Source: Enterobacter phage vB_Ent31. Taken from it: a DNA stretch of 64,000 nt. The position numbers and the translations under genes are program-made. The stretch lies in the sequence record OR567511.1; one strand, given 5' to 3'. Under the pieces are notes generated by a model that worked only from the letters and a program-made list of their open reading frames with translations, searched no databases and was not told where the DNA came from. Below are positions 47,662 through 56,215 of this stretch, piece after piece (position 1 is the stretch's first letter; every line of letters starts with the position of its first letter).

Positions 47662-47876
47662 TATTTACCTGCAATTAAAACGACAACCATGAAAATAATC
47701 CAGAATGGATAAAACAAAACCATAGACCATTCTGCTAAACATTTAACCACTTTCTGTTTAGCGGTGTGACAGCTTGATGCCGGCATTCCAAGACACCAAG
47801 CGAAAGTGCTGGCAAAGAAAACTCCGCCAAGTAAATAAATTGCAATAGCTATTGCAATAAGAATCGGAGTTACCAT
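47661..47876 (-). CDS. Small membrane protein (71 aa, 2 TM)
   Basis: Two hydrophobic segments. Confidence 0.45.
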   Translation of the reverse strand: MVTPILIAIAIAIYLLGGVFFASTFAWCLGMPASSCHTAKQKVVKCLAEWSMVLFYPFWIIFMVVVLIAGK

Positions 47877-48055
47877 AAGTCTTTCCTTAGTAGATTTTCA
47901 ACATCGCTTCTGTAAATGGATGAAGAAGTTATAAGTTCATCGCCAAATTTCACTTCAACCTCTAACGTTCCAAATAATGAATCATTGCGAACTTCTATTG
48001 TTAAGTTCTCTTTAAGCATTTCTTTTAATAATGCTCGAATCTCTTCAGGGTTCAT
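47870..48055 (-). CDS. Hypothetical protein (61 aa)
   Basis: ORF only. Confidence 0.35.
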   Translation of the reverse strand: MNPEEIRALLKEMLKENLTIEVRNDSLFGTLEVEVKFGDELITSSSIYRSDVENLLRKDLW

Positions 48056-48555
48056 AATTTCACCTCAACTCGTTCTTTGCTTTTAACGCCTTTCCCATTA
48101 TCAGAATATTTGCGTTCCATAACAAAATCATATGGGTCATCAATGTCCATACGCATCCAGAAAACACCGAGCTGAATATTCTTAGGGTTACAATTTTCTG
48201 AAGCTGTGCAACGCCCTTGGTCACGACGAGTATAACGATGACAACCATTTTCGTCCATGATAGTTTCATAACCAGTGCGACGGTCCGGGCCAAGGTCTTT
48301 GAATTTCGTCATCAAGACTTTATCACCAGATAGAGTTTCGTAAGTCCAACCTTCTTCGAAATAAGATGGATTTCCGTCTTTTGATTGAACCATAACAATA
48401 ACGTCTTCAATGTTCTGGTCATCATTATAAGTGCCAAGATGCCATACAGCTTGATATTGATTCTCAGCTTTTACAGTTGCTACACGGAACTTTTCGTCCC
48501 AAATACCGTTGACAAAACGCTTAAATTTAATTTCATAAGTGATTAATTTACTCAT
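48052..48555 (-). CDS. Hypothetical protein (167 aa)
   Basis: ORF only. Confidence 0.45.
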   Translation of the reverse strand: MSKLITYEIKFKRFVNGIWDEKFRVATVKAENQYQAVWHLGTYNDDQNIEDVIVMVQSKDGNPSYFEEGWTYETLSGDKVLMTKFKDLGPDRRTGYETIMDENGCHRYTRRDQGRCTASENCNPKNIQLGVFWMRMDIDDPYDFVMERKYSDNGKGVKSKERVEVKL

Positions 48556-48565
48556 TATAATTTCC

Positions 48566-48907
48566 TCAGATTAAGCCTAATGCACGTTTTTCTTCGGGGT
48601 TCAATTTAGATAAAGCATATTGTTTTACTTTTTCTAAACGAGCAACTCGTTCTGCTTCTGTTTCAGTGCGAATTTCAAAACCATCTTTCTTTAAGAAAGA
48701 AAGTTTGCTTCCGTCTTCAAAGGTAAGTGTCAAAGCTTTGACAGGCTGACGGTCAACAGTACCATTTGAACCATACCAAGATTTACCAGCGACACTCTCT
48801 TCAGCTTTAAAGTAAGAGTCATAGTAACCATAAACTTCTGAGCGGCGGTCGTCTGGCGAAATTCTGGCGACATATACATCACTTTCTTTTACACTGATTA
48901 CTTTCAT
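48566..48907 (-). CDS. Hypothetical protein (113 aa; ATG start at 48907 rather than the GTG at 48916)
   Basis: The ORF-track start is a GTG. The in-frame ATG 9 nt downstream makes an ATGA overlap with the upstream small ORF. Confidence 0.45.
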   Translation of the reverse strand: MKVISVKESDVYVARISPDDRRSEVYGYYDSYFKAEESVAGKSWYGSNGTVDRQPVKALTLTFEDGSKLSFLKKDGFEIRTETEAERVARLEKVKQYALSKLNPEEKRALGLI

Positions 48908-49050
48908 TGTACCCACTCTCCATTTTCGTCGATATAATTAATCCAGTTTGAAATGGTCCAAGAAGAAGTATTTCCTTTAGGAACATCAACAATATACATT
49001 CCGCTTTTAAATAAAATTCGCTTTACATCATTGGAAATTAAAGAAGCCAT
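48904..49050 (-). CDS. Small protein (48 aa)
   Basis: RBS GAGGAAAATATT-ATG with an ATGA overlap downstream. Not in the ORF track. Confidence 0.3.
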   Translation of the reverse strand: MASLISNDVKRILFKSGMYIVDVPKGNTSSWTISNWINYIDENGEWVQ

Positions 49051-49066
49051 AATATTTTCCTCAATT

Positions 49067-49080
49067 GGGGCTTTCGCCCC
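49067..49080 (-). other. Stem-loop GGGGC-GAAA-GCCCC after the ATPase gene
   Basis: Perfect GC stem with a GNRA loop and no U-run. Confidence 0.4.
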
Positions 49081-49088
49081 GTGGTTGA

Positions 49089-50066
49089 TTATTTCAGCAT
49101 AGTTACTTCAGCAATTTCAGTCCAGTTTTTCTCGTCAGTAGCGACGAAATCTGCCAGGTAAAGAGCTGTGCGGAGAGATACATTACGAAGACGATTAACG
49201 TTGTTTTGCATAAATGCCAGAACGTCAAGTACTTGGTAATGCTTTAATCCGCGGTTCTGCAACATGTCGGTTGTCATAATAACATCTTCAACACGAGACA
49301 TGATTTCTTCATTTGTGTGAACACCGAGGTCCAGATAAACAGAACGAGATACCAAAGCAGAAAGATGCGGAGCTAATTTGCTACCACGTTCTAATTCTTT
49401 GTCAATATCAACGTTAGTGATGAATACGATAGTACCTTCAAATTCAAATTCGTTTGGAATATCTTTTTCTTCCAGGAAAGCAGAAGCGGTTGACCAGCAA
49501 ACTTTACGTTTTTCGCCAGAATCAAGAGCAGCTTTCAGAAGATTCAAGATGTCCATATCAGAAAATACGTCCACATCATCAATAAGCAGAACAGAATTTG
49601 AATGGCGAGATTCCCAAAGACGGCAGTAAAGACCGATACCAGAAATCTTACCATTAACCATTTTGTATTCAATATCACCACGAGCATCTGCTTTAGTTAA
49701 TGCTTTGTCCAAGGAGAAAGTCTTACCGATACCAGCAGCACCTGAGATAATCAGTGAACGAATGTTCCCGTTAACCAGACCAGCAGTCATTAACCCCATA
49801 ACGTTGAAGCGTTTAGCGATACGTGCTTTCATTTCTTCAACAGATTCGGTCAGAACTTCTTTAGCTTCTTGACCTTCAATTTTGTAATCACCGTGGAAAA
49901 CCCATACTCCGCGTTTCTTACCATCGATGTTTACGAATACTTTACCATCACCCTGAGCAGCGTCAGATTCTGATAAATCTTTTGGGAACCACTGATCAAT
50001 GAATTCAAAAGTACCAGAAATTTCTTTACCGAAGTTAGTACCTTTAGCGATAGTGATGGTTTTCAT
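49089..50066 (-). CDS. Walker A/B P-loop ATPase of unknown function (325 aa), possibly AAA-type
   Basis: Walker A GAAGIGKT and Walker B LLIDDVD, preceded by a ~100-aa N-terminal domain. No confident T4 counterpart identified. Confidence 0.6.
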   Translation of the reverse strand: MKTITIAKGTNFGKEISGTFEFIDQWFPKDLSESDAAQGDGKVFVNIDGKKRGVWVFHGDYKIEGQEAKEVLTESVEEMKARIAKRFNVMGLMTAGLVNGNIRSLIISGAAGIGKTFSLDKALTKADARGDIEYKMVNGKISGIGLYCRLWESRHSNSVLLIDDVDVFSDMDILNLLKAALDSGEKRKVCWSTASAFLEEKDIPNEFEFEGTIVFITNVDIDKELERGSKLAPHLSALVSRSVYLDLGVHTNEEIMSRVEDVIMTTDMLQNRGLKHYQVLDVLAFMQNNVNRLRNVSLRTALYLADFVATDEKNWTEIAEVTMLK

Positions 50067-50103
50067 TTTGTTCTCCGAGTTTCTATTTGTTTGGTATGAG
50101 GTA

Positions 50104-50133
50104 ATAGTATCATCATCTCATACCGTTGTAAAC
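50104..50133 (-). promoter_or_regulatory. Early-promoter cassette GTTTAC-N18-TACTAT with GGUAUGAG...CUCAUACC inverted repeat over the -10
   Basis: Minus-strand read: GTTTACAACGGTATGAGATGATGATACTATTACCTCATACC. Confidence 0.55.
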
Positions 50134-50136
50134 AAT

Positions 50137-50400
50137 TTATTTTAATGTCCGCCAAATTTTTACTGCTTCTCGTCGAGAAACTTCTACAGCTCCAAGCTCT
50201 ACAGCTTTTTGACGACGGTCTGCACGCAAGTCATAGTGCTTAATGCGTTTGTCCTGGAACCAAGAACGTTTCATTCCGATTGCTTCTGCTACTTTATGTA
50301 GCTCTTCGATATCTCCATCAGTGAACATGTGACAATTTTTAGTTGGATGACCGCGAAGCTTCCATCCGTGATTCATTAGAACATCCACGTAAACTGTCAT
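50137..50400 (-). CDS. DUF4031-like protein (87 aa)
   Basis: VYVD..M...WKLRGHP.K.CHMF.DG..EELH..A..IG.KR.WFQ...HYDL...R...A.ELGA.EV is the characteristic DUF4031 pattern. Confidence 0.5.
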   Translation of the reverse strand: MTVYVDVLMNHGWKLRGHPTKNCHMFTDGDIEELHKVAEAIGMKRSWFQDKRIKHYDLRADRRQKAVELGAVEVSRREAVKIWRTLK

Positions 50401-50546
50401 TGGTTTTTCTCCAAATAAGTTTCGATAATTTTCTGGGCGAGATAAACTGCGTTATCTTCGGTTGCATCTTCTAAGAAGCTTTCAAAACATGCTGAAATTT
50501 CTTCTGTGTCAATCAACTTCTTTACTTCAATCGGTGTAGTTTTCAT
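50397..50546 (-). CDS. Small acidic protein (49 aa)
   Basis: ATGA and TAATG overlaps at both ends. Not in the ORF track. Confidence 0.3.
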   Translation of the reverse strand: MKTTPIEVKKLIDTEEISACFESFLEDATEDNAVYLAQKIIETYLEKNQ

Positions 50547-50758
50547 TAGCTTTCCAAAATTTCGTTGATGTAGTAAGGACGAACTGAAGAATTCAGGAAG
50601 AATTCATCTACGAAGTCAATCAGAGCATCTGAAGTACCTTCCAAAACGATGTAATACTTTTCTGAAATTTGCTTTTCAGAAGTGATTTCAACTTTATACT
50701 CCTGTGCTACTGCTTTAGCTTGAGCGATATTTTTAACTACGATTTCTAAAGTTTTCAT
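50546..50758 (-). CDS. Hypothetical protein (70 aa from Met-21)
   Basis: RBS AAGGAGAACAAA-ATG at 50758. The listed upstream extension contains the early promoter. Confidence 0.45.
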   Translation of the reverse strand: MKTLEIVVKNIAQAKAVAQEYKVEITSEKQISEKYYIVLEGTSDALIDFVDEFFLNSSVRPYYINEILES

Positions 50759-50786
50759 TTTGTTCTCCTTTGGTTTTGATAGTGCT

Positions 50787-50816
50787 ATAATACCATATGC
50801 TATAGCATCTGTAAAC
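50787..50816 (-). promoter_or_regulatory. Early promoter GTTTAC-N18-TATTAT (TGg extended) with a palindromic TGCTATAGCA spacer
   Basis: Minus-strand read: GTTTACAGATGCTATAGCATATGGTATTAT. Confidence 0.55.
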
Positions 50817-50837
50817 ACTTTTTGAAAACTTTCTTCA

Positions 50838-50866
50838 AAAACAACAAAACCTCCCGAAGGAGGTTA
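50838..50866 (-). terminator. Intrinsic terminator AACCUCC-UUCG-GGAGGUU followed by UUGUUGUUUUUG
   Basis: UUCG-loop hairpin plus U-rich tail, after the 86-aa membrane protein gene. Confidence 0.65.
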
Positions 50867-51124
50867 TTTTGAGTGTTTTTCTAGCTGGCGTTCAGCAAAC
50901 AGCTTTGGCTGCATTAACAACCAACTTAAGATACGCCAGATGACTTGTATGACACCGACAGGCAACCATAATATAATACTAAACAAGTAATTAAAAGGTG
51001 TCTCTATGTACCCTCGTTTAACGAGAGCGTTTGTGATGAGCCACCCGGCGGCTAGATAAACCAATGCAATAAAGACGGGCATAATCCACCATAGTTGAGC
51101 CAAAAGTAAAGTAACCATAATCAC
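50864..51124 (-). CDS. Small 2-TM membrane protein (86 aa)
   Basis: Two hydrophobic helices. Start overlaps the nucleotidyltransferase stop (ATGA). Confidence 0.5.
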   Translation of the reverse strand: MIMVTLLLAQLWWIMPVFIALVYLAAGWLITNALVKRGYIETPFNYLFSIILWLPVGVIQVIWRILSWLLMQPKLFAERQLEKHSK

Positions 51125-52131
51125 CTGTAGTAAGAGTTGTGGTTCGCCAGATAAACCTCTTCAAGGAACTCGTCCCAGAATGTCATGTCAACTTTATCAG
51201 GCATACCGTTTTTAGAAGCGATGATGCTTTGGCGTTCAACTTCATCTACACAGTTTTCTAACCATTCTTGAACTTCTTTGAATGGAATAGTGCCAGCTTT
51301 AACTTTCTTGATAAACTCAGCATCTTTAAGCGGATAAACCAAATCACCGGTGGTGTAGATTTCCTGGAGCTGAAGACCGCCACGAAGAGCATGAGACAGA
51401 GCTTTCCAGTCTACACCTTCGTTAGCTTCCGCCTTACGTGCACGTTCACCATATTCGTTCCACAGCTTAGTGAGACTATACTTCATTTCAGTGACGGTGA
51501 TTGTCGTCTGGAACTTACGACCTAACACATTATAGAAGTGTTGTACGCCAGATTTATGGTCAACAAATTCAGTCCATTCCAGAAACTCTGAAGTCGGAAG
51601 CAAATGAGCAATATCACCAACTTTCCAACGAACATTATGAGCTTTGTCTTTTGGACGGTCTTCGAATCGCCATTCTGGATAAGGCTCTAATACTTCAAGC
51701 ACTTTACGAAGTTCAGCTAAACGAGAACCCTTAACACCATACTTAGCTGCTTGCTTACGAACATAACCAAGATAAGCTTTCATATCGGTGGTGTAGAAAC
51801 GCCAGCGGTTATCTTGAATGAATTTCCATACTTCAGGAAGTTCAGACTTAACGACCATATTTGCAGGAGTATGAAGCATGTCAAGCGCGACAGTTTCACC
51901 TGTAGCTGCTAATTGCAGGAAGTACTTCAAAGAATAGAGTTCATGGTCAACATCATCATGGGAGTTCTTTGTTGATGTGTTGTTTGTGTTCAAGTTGGTG
52001 TGATTCATTGCACGACCAAGAAGAATTTCCTTCGGATGAGGAACGAAGATTTCTTTGAAGTCTGTGTCACTTTCTGGTGTTGACGTACCATAAAGATGGC
52101 TACCGAAGTAGCCTTTCATAATTGTTTTCAT
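51121..52131 (-). CDS. Pol-beta-superfamily nucleotidyltransferase (336 aa)
   Basis: GSHLYGTSTPESDTD (G[GS]-x9-13-D-x-[DE]) followed by a third acidic residue in VALDMLH about 60 aa later. C-terminal helical domain. Confidence 0.55.
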   Translation of the reverse strand: MKTIMKGYFGSHLYGTSTPESDTDFKEIFVPHPKEILLGRAMNHTNLNTNNTSTKNSHDDVDHELYSLKYFLQLAATGETVALDMLHTPANMVVKSELPEVWKFIQDNRWRFYTTDMKAYLGYVRKQAAKYGVKGSRLAELRKVLEVLEPYPEWRFEDRPKDKAHNVRWKVGDIAHLLPTSEFLEWTEFVDHKSGVQHFYNVLGRKFQTTITVTEMKYSLTKLWNEYGERARKAEANEGVDWKALSHALRGGLQLQEIYTTGDLVYPLKDAEFIKKVKAGTIPFKEVQEWLENCVDEVERQSIIASKNGMPDKVDMTFWDEFLEEVYLANHNSYYR

Positions 52132-52553
52132 AGATAAATGTGTTGTCCTTTGGCAAATTTTACTAGCTCATTGGTAATTTTAACACATTGTTCAACGTGT
52201 TCTTTATCTTCGCTTTTCTTTGAAGTTCTATTAATATTTCCAACTTTCTGTTGAGAATAATAGTATTTCACTTCATGCGTATGATATTCTTGGCCATCTG
52301 GATGTTGTTCCCGCTGAACATGTTCTTTTAACATAGTTTCATAGAGTGGAACTAATGCCCAATCACTTCCGGTATTAATGATTGCCACTTGAATGTTAAT
52401 CTTATTCCACTTAAAAGCATTAACATATCCAAGGACCCTTTGAGAAGGGTCCATCATAGCAAATTTTATTCCGGAAATAGAAGCCATTGGCATTTGTTTT
52501 AGCAATGACATACTAAGTTTTTTCTTAGTAGTTACAACTTCTATTTCAATCAT
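52128..52553 (-). CDS. Hypothetical protein (141 aa)
   Basis: ORF with ATGA overlap to the upstream gene. Confidence 0.45.
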   Translation of the reverse strand: MIEIEVVTTKKKLSMSLLKQMPMASISGIKFAMMDPSQRVLGYVNAFKWNKINIQVAIINTGSDWALVPLYETMLKEHVQREQHPDGQEYHTHEVKYYYSQQKVGNINRTSKKSEDKEHVEQCVKITNELVKFAKGQHIYL

Positions 52554-53101
52554 TTAGTCGGACCCCATGTGAATTGACCACCGAAAGCCGCAATCAAGGA
52601 AGTGTCATTCAGATTAACTGGCAGACCGTCACCACTTTCAGATTCGAGGAACATTGTACCACCATTTTTAGTGATAGCAATTACGGTGAATTCTTTAGAA
52701 CCTTTTTGGAATACATCACCAACAACTACCGGAATATTTTTGAAACCAGAAGCTTCCGCTTCATAAATCTCACGATAACGCTCATCTTTTGTGGTGTAAA
52801 CCCGAAAATCAACCAAATACTTATTTCGGTTAGAAGTTACAAAAACACTAGTAACGCCGTATGATGTAATTTTATCTTCATCATAAATGAAGAGTTCAAT
52901 CATTACACGAGTTGAATATACTTTTAAAACAGCTCGTTGGTTTTTATTGATTTTAAGAAAAATATGAGTTGTTCCTTGACAACGGCTAATAAAATCAATT
53001 TCACCGTCAAATTCTGCAGTTCCAGATTGAACCGTAATTGAGCGGCCAACTTCAAGTTCTTTCTTTACAATACCTTTAGCTTTTACTTGACGAATAAACA
53101 T
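52550..53101 (-). CDS. Hypothetical protein (183 aa)
   Basis: ORF with ATGA overlap. Confidence 0.45.
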   Translation of the reverse strand: MFIRQVKAKGIVKKELEVGRSITVQSGTAEFDGEIDFISRCQGTTHIFLKINKNQRAVLKVYSTRVMIELFIYDEDKITSYGVTSVFVTSNRNKYLVDFRVYTTKDERYREIYEAEASGFKNIPVVVGDVFQKGSKEFTVIAITKNGGTMFLESESGDGLPVNLNDTSLIAAFGGQFTWGPTK

Positions 53102-53110
53102 AATATTTTC

Positions 53111-53332
53111 CTATACGAAGCGCCATGAACCATTACGATAAGCAATTGCACGGTCCATCAAATCGGAAGCGGTTGATGTACCTTTCAGGTTGTTGTGAAC
53201 AACTCGAATAATCTTGCCATCAGGGAAAGTGAATTCTGCCACAGGGAAGAGGCCCATAAGGCCTCGTTCAACCGTTGCATTAAACTTTGCAGATTCACCA
53301 TTAATTACATAATTGTGGTCTTGTTTAAGCAT
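53111..53332 (-). CDS. Hypothetical protein (73 aa)
   Basis: ORF only. Confidence 0.4.
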   Translation of the reverse strand: MLKQDHNYVINGESAKFNATVERGLMGLFPVAEFTFPDGKIIRVVHNNLKGTSTASDLMDRAIAYRNGSWRFV

Positions 53333-53784
53333 TATTTAAATTCCAGTGTTGGACAGAACTTCTCTTTGCGGGCTTTAATGAATGCAATAACGATATTAGG
53401 CTGTGGTGGAACGTAAGTACCATTTATGATAGCTTCCCATTTTTTATCTTCTTTCTTTTCTTTTTGTCTTTTAACGACTCGATAAATTCCGTAACCAATA
53501 CAGAAAATTGTACCAAAAATAGCGGCCAGAATAAGCCAACCAACAATCAACCCGGGAATAATTGCTGCGGCAGAAGACAGAACTACACCGCATTGAGCAA
53601 ACAACCATGTAGCTACATCAACACCAGAACCCCAGCCAGCGAAGCATACAGCAAACGCAGCGAAAGCCAGCAGGAACGTGTGCCATACGCCTTTCCAAAA
53701 ATAAGGACACAGAGAACGTGGAGCGCTTTCGGCACCATTCATAGTAACGAGTTTATAGTGCCAAGAGTTAGTATTGATTTGCAT
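53332..53784 (-). CDS. Multi-pass membrane protein (150 aa, about 3 TM)
   Basis: Three hydrophobic segments and a basic C-terminal region. Confidence 0.5.
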   Translation of the reverse strand: MQINTNSWHYKLVTMNGAESAPRSLCPYFWKGVWHTFLLAFAAFAVCFAGWGSGVDVATWLFAQCGVVLSSAAAIIPGLIVGWLILAAIFGTIFCIGYGIYRVVKRQKEKKEDKKWEAIINGTYVPPQPNIVIAFIKARKEKFCPTLEFK

Positions 53785-53812
53785 TATAATTTCCTTTCAG
53801 TTCAGGTTTTAG

Positions 53813-54058
53813 TTATTTAAAGTTTTTGGAAGTGATCATATGAGGTATTGTAACCTGTAACCAGGAAAGCAATTTCTCAGCTTCTTCTTTAAGAAGCTCA
53901 ACTTCTTCGCCTTGAGAATAGATTGTGATTGTATCTTTCTCATCATCAACAGAGAGATGAGTTTTAATATCAACATGGGCACCATTTAGCGTGTCCGCTT
54001 CATACTTGATAGTAGCATCTAATCCTGGGACTTTCCAGTCTAAAGTGCATTTAACCAT
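53813..54058 (-). CDS. Hypothetical protein (81 aa)
   Basis: ORF only. Confidence 0.4.
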   Translation of the reverse strand: MVKCTLDWKVPGLDATIKYEADTLNGAHVDIKTHLSVDDEKDTITIYSQGEEVELLKEEAEKLLSWLQVTIPHMITSKNFK

Positions 54059-54329
54059 TTGCTTGTTCCTTACGAGCGCGTTCTTTTAGTTGCTCTTGAA
54101 TTTTGAGCATTGTTTCCGGGTATTCTTCTGAATTAGCTTTTATGATGCTAGAAGAATACGGAAGGGATTCATGATATTTTAAAAATCTCTCAAGATACGG
54201 TTTATATTGAGTAGAGAAATTGTACATCAAAAATCCTGTAGCACTTACGTGAGTACAAATCTCATACTGAAATGTTCCGTCATACTGACGAGTAACAATA
54301 AGGTCTTTTAACTCAAGACTTAGGCTCAT
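54051..54329 (-). CDS. Hypothetical protein (92 aa)
   Basis: ORF only. Confidence 0.4.
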   Translation of the reverse strand: MSLSLELKDLIVTRQYDGTFQYEICTHVSATGFLMYNFSTQYKPYLERFLKYHESLPYSSSIIKANSEEYPETMLKIQEQLKERARKEQANG

Positions 54330-54619
54330 TGCATTTCCTTAATAGCTTTTAAGAAGTTATCAAGATTCTCTTTACTGCAAAAAGATACGCAGCCATAGCT
54401 TCCGTCTTTTGCTTCAAAAGTAAATGAATCATCACCGTAATCAGTGTAATCAATATTAGGGCATTGATTGAATGCAATCAGATGTGCTTTGTCCAGACGA
54501 AAATGGATTTTGAACAAATCTTCATCGCCTTCATGACCAAGTTTGCAAAAGTTTCCACGTACTTCAAGAACCAGAGGACCATGTACTGAACCGCTTTCAA
54601 ATGTATGTTTCATAATCAC
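54326..54619 (-). CDS. Hypothetical protein (97 aa)
   Basis: ORF with ATGA overlap. Confidence 0.4.
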   Translation of the reverse strand: MIMKHTFESGSVHGPLVLEVRGNFCKLGHEGDEDLFKIHFRLDKAHLIAFNQCPNIDYTDYGDDSFTFEAKDGSYGCVSFCSKENLDNFLKAIKEMQ

Positions 54620-54885
54620 CTCAATTGCGAATCTTTTGAACCGCGTCTGTTGTAAGACGCTTTAATGATAGTGTCATGTGAGCTTTGGCAAGCTACGCAC
54701 CGGGTGCATCCTTTTTGAGCTTTGCGTCTAGCTTCCGGAATTTCTCCGTCGCAATCTTCACAGTATTTTTCACTCTCACGATTTTGAGATTTGATGAGCT
54801 CTAAACGAGCCCATTCAATTCCATCACTTACTGTAGCTTCAATAGCTGCAAATCCGTCGTCACTTGGACCCCATCCACTTGCCAT
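54616..54885 (-). CDS. TraR/DksA-family C4 zinc-finger protein (89 aa)
   Basis: CEDCDGEIPEARRKAQKGCTRCVAC matches the C-x2-C-x17-C-x2-C DksA/TraR zinc finger. Confidence 0.5.
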   Translation of the reverse strand: MASGWGPSDDGFAAIEATVSDGIEWARLELIKSQNRESEKYCEDCDGEIPEARRKAQKGCTRCVACQSSHDTIIKASYNRRGSKDSQLR

Positions 54886-54909
54886 TACAAACTCCTTTGA
54901 ACGAAGTCC

Positions 54910-54939
54910 ATTATACCATTAACCAAGTTGTATGTAAAC
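54910..54939 (-). promoter_or_regulatory. Early promoter GTTTAC-N18-TATAAT (TGg extended)
   Basis: Minus-strand read: GTTTACATACAACTTGGTTAATGGTATAAT, followed by AAGGAG-ATG of the zinc-finger gene. Confidence 0.6.
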
Positions 54940-54991
54940 AACGGATTGTGGTATTGAACAAATAGATAAAGCAGTACAAATACCGTTCTCA

Positions 54992-55450
54992 TTACCAACC
55001 TGCCGTATCAAATTCACCATCATCGTAGATGTCCCAAGCCATTCGTTCTTCCAGAACTCGGACTGGTGTCCAATAGTCCGCATATTCTTGGTCTTCCGGA
55101 GAAGAGAATTTATTTGCTTTAAGTTCAGCCATAAATTCCAAAGCAGATTCAACATCACCGAACAGACGGTTCAAGTTGTGAGGTTTACGTTCAGGGTCTT
55201 CAAATACTGCGTTATCACCCGGGCAAATTTGAGTACGATAAGAACGCTTTGTTTCGCCGTTGATGTCAGTATACTCGCAGATGATATCAACCATCAAGAT
55301 ATCTGATGTTGGACTACGATATGGTTTACTGAGGATAATGTACTTGCTAACTTCATCAAGCGACACAGTAGTTTCAGTACGAGATACACCGTACACATGA
55401 TACATGATGCGGCCTGGAACGAAATCAGATAATTTAGTAATGCGATTCAT
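54992..55450 (-). CDS. Hypothetical protein (152 aa from Met-36 of the listed ORF)
   Basis: RBS GAGGAGAACATC-ATG at 55450. The listed N-terminal extension runs through the early promoter. Confidence 0.45.
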   Translation of the reverse strand: MNRITKLSDFVPGRIMYHVYGVSRTETTVSLDEVSKYIILSKPYRSPTSDILMVDIICEYTDINGETKRSYRTQICPGDNAVFEDPERKPHNLNRLFGDVESALEFMAELKANKFSSPEDQEYADYWTPVRVLEERMAWDIYDDGEFDTAGW

Positions 55451-55478
55451 GATGTTCTCCTCTTGTTTGTGTAAGGTC

Positions 55479-55508
55479 ATAGTATCACCTTTTGAAGAGG
55501 ATGTAAAC
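55479..55508 (-). promoter_or_regulatory. Early promoter GTTTAC-N18-TACTAT (TGa extended)
   Basis: Minus-strand read: GTTTACATCCTCTTCAAAAGGTGATACTAT. Confidence 0.55.
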
Positions 55509-55516
55509 GGTTCCTT

Positions 55517-55552
55517 TAAAACAACAAAAGCCCTGACCAAAAAGTCAGGGCT
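55517..55552 (-). terminator. Intrinsic terminator AGCCCUGAC-UUUUUG-GUCAGGGCU followed by UUUGUUGUUUU
   Basis: 9-bp stem plus U-rich tail right after the stop at 55557. Confidence 0.7.
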
Positions 55553-55556
55553 CAAA

Positions 55557-55949
55557 TTATTCCAAAGACAGCAAGTATTTGGTTTGAAACACTATACCAT
55601 TGATTTCGTCAATTGTGTTTCTGATTGCTCCAGGCATCTTATCGTAGATGCTTTCAGCTTTTGCTGTGATGCTATCGAGCATCTCAATCGTGTCAGTAGG
55701 CAAATCCTGTTGCGATGGTATAGATGGGGTGTACTTTTTACCGGACCATCCAAGCCATTGCTCTCCGAACTTGTCGGTTAACTCAGGGATTGCATCAAAG
55801 AAGAAATTGTATGCTTTGTGACGAGCATAACTTTTAGTTTCAAAATGAGCTGAATGGAAGTATGACGCAGAAGCCATCAAAAGACCAATGAACTCATCCT
55901 CTGGAAGTTTCTTTCCGGTTGTTATGAAATCTTCAAATTTCGTTTTCAA
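55557..55949 (-). CDS. Hypothetical protein (130 aa), T4 rI.-1 position
   Basis: ORF immediately downstream of rI in the transcription direction. Confidence 0.45.
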   Translation of the reverse strand: MKTKFEDFITTGKKLPEDEFIGLLMASASYFHSAHFETKSYARHKAYNFFFDAIPELTDKFGEQWLGWSGKKYTPSIPSQQDLPTDTIEMLDSITAKAESIYDKMPGAIRNTIDEINGIVFQTKYLLSLE

Positions 55950-56208
55950 GTTTAACCTTCGTTAGAGAAACATATTGCTTACCAGCATGAACTCCTTCTT
56001 CAGTGCACTGGGTAGTACAACTTGAAGCTGCCCATTTCTGCTTAATGAAAGAAAAGAAACGTTCAGATTCTTCTTTAGAAGGTTCTTTGAACTTGCTATA
56101 TACTACCATAGCACCATCAGCGTATTGTTCAAAGTTTGCTTCTTCTGCCGATACGGGCGAGATTAAAGTGGCTGCAAATAAAATAGCAGCCAATGCGCGT
56201 AGAGTCAT
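55933..56208 (-). CDS. rI: Lysis-inhibition regulator RI-like periplasmic antiholin (91 aa from Met-37)
   Basis: N-terminal signal/anchor MTLRALAAILFAATLISPVSA. ...FFSFIK...C..C... pattern parallels T4 RI. Late-promoter-driven locus upstream of tk, as in T4. Confidence 0.55.
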   Translation of the reverse strand: MTLRALAAILFAATLISPVSAEEANFEQYADGAMVVYSKFKEPSKEESERFFSFIKQKWAASSCTTQCTEEGVHAGKQYVSLTKVKLENEI

Positions 56209-56215
56209 AAAAGCC

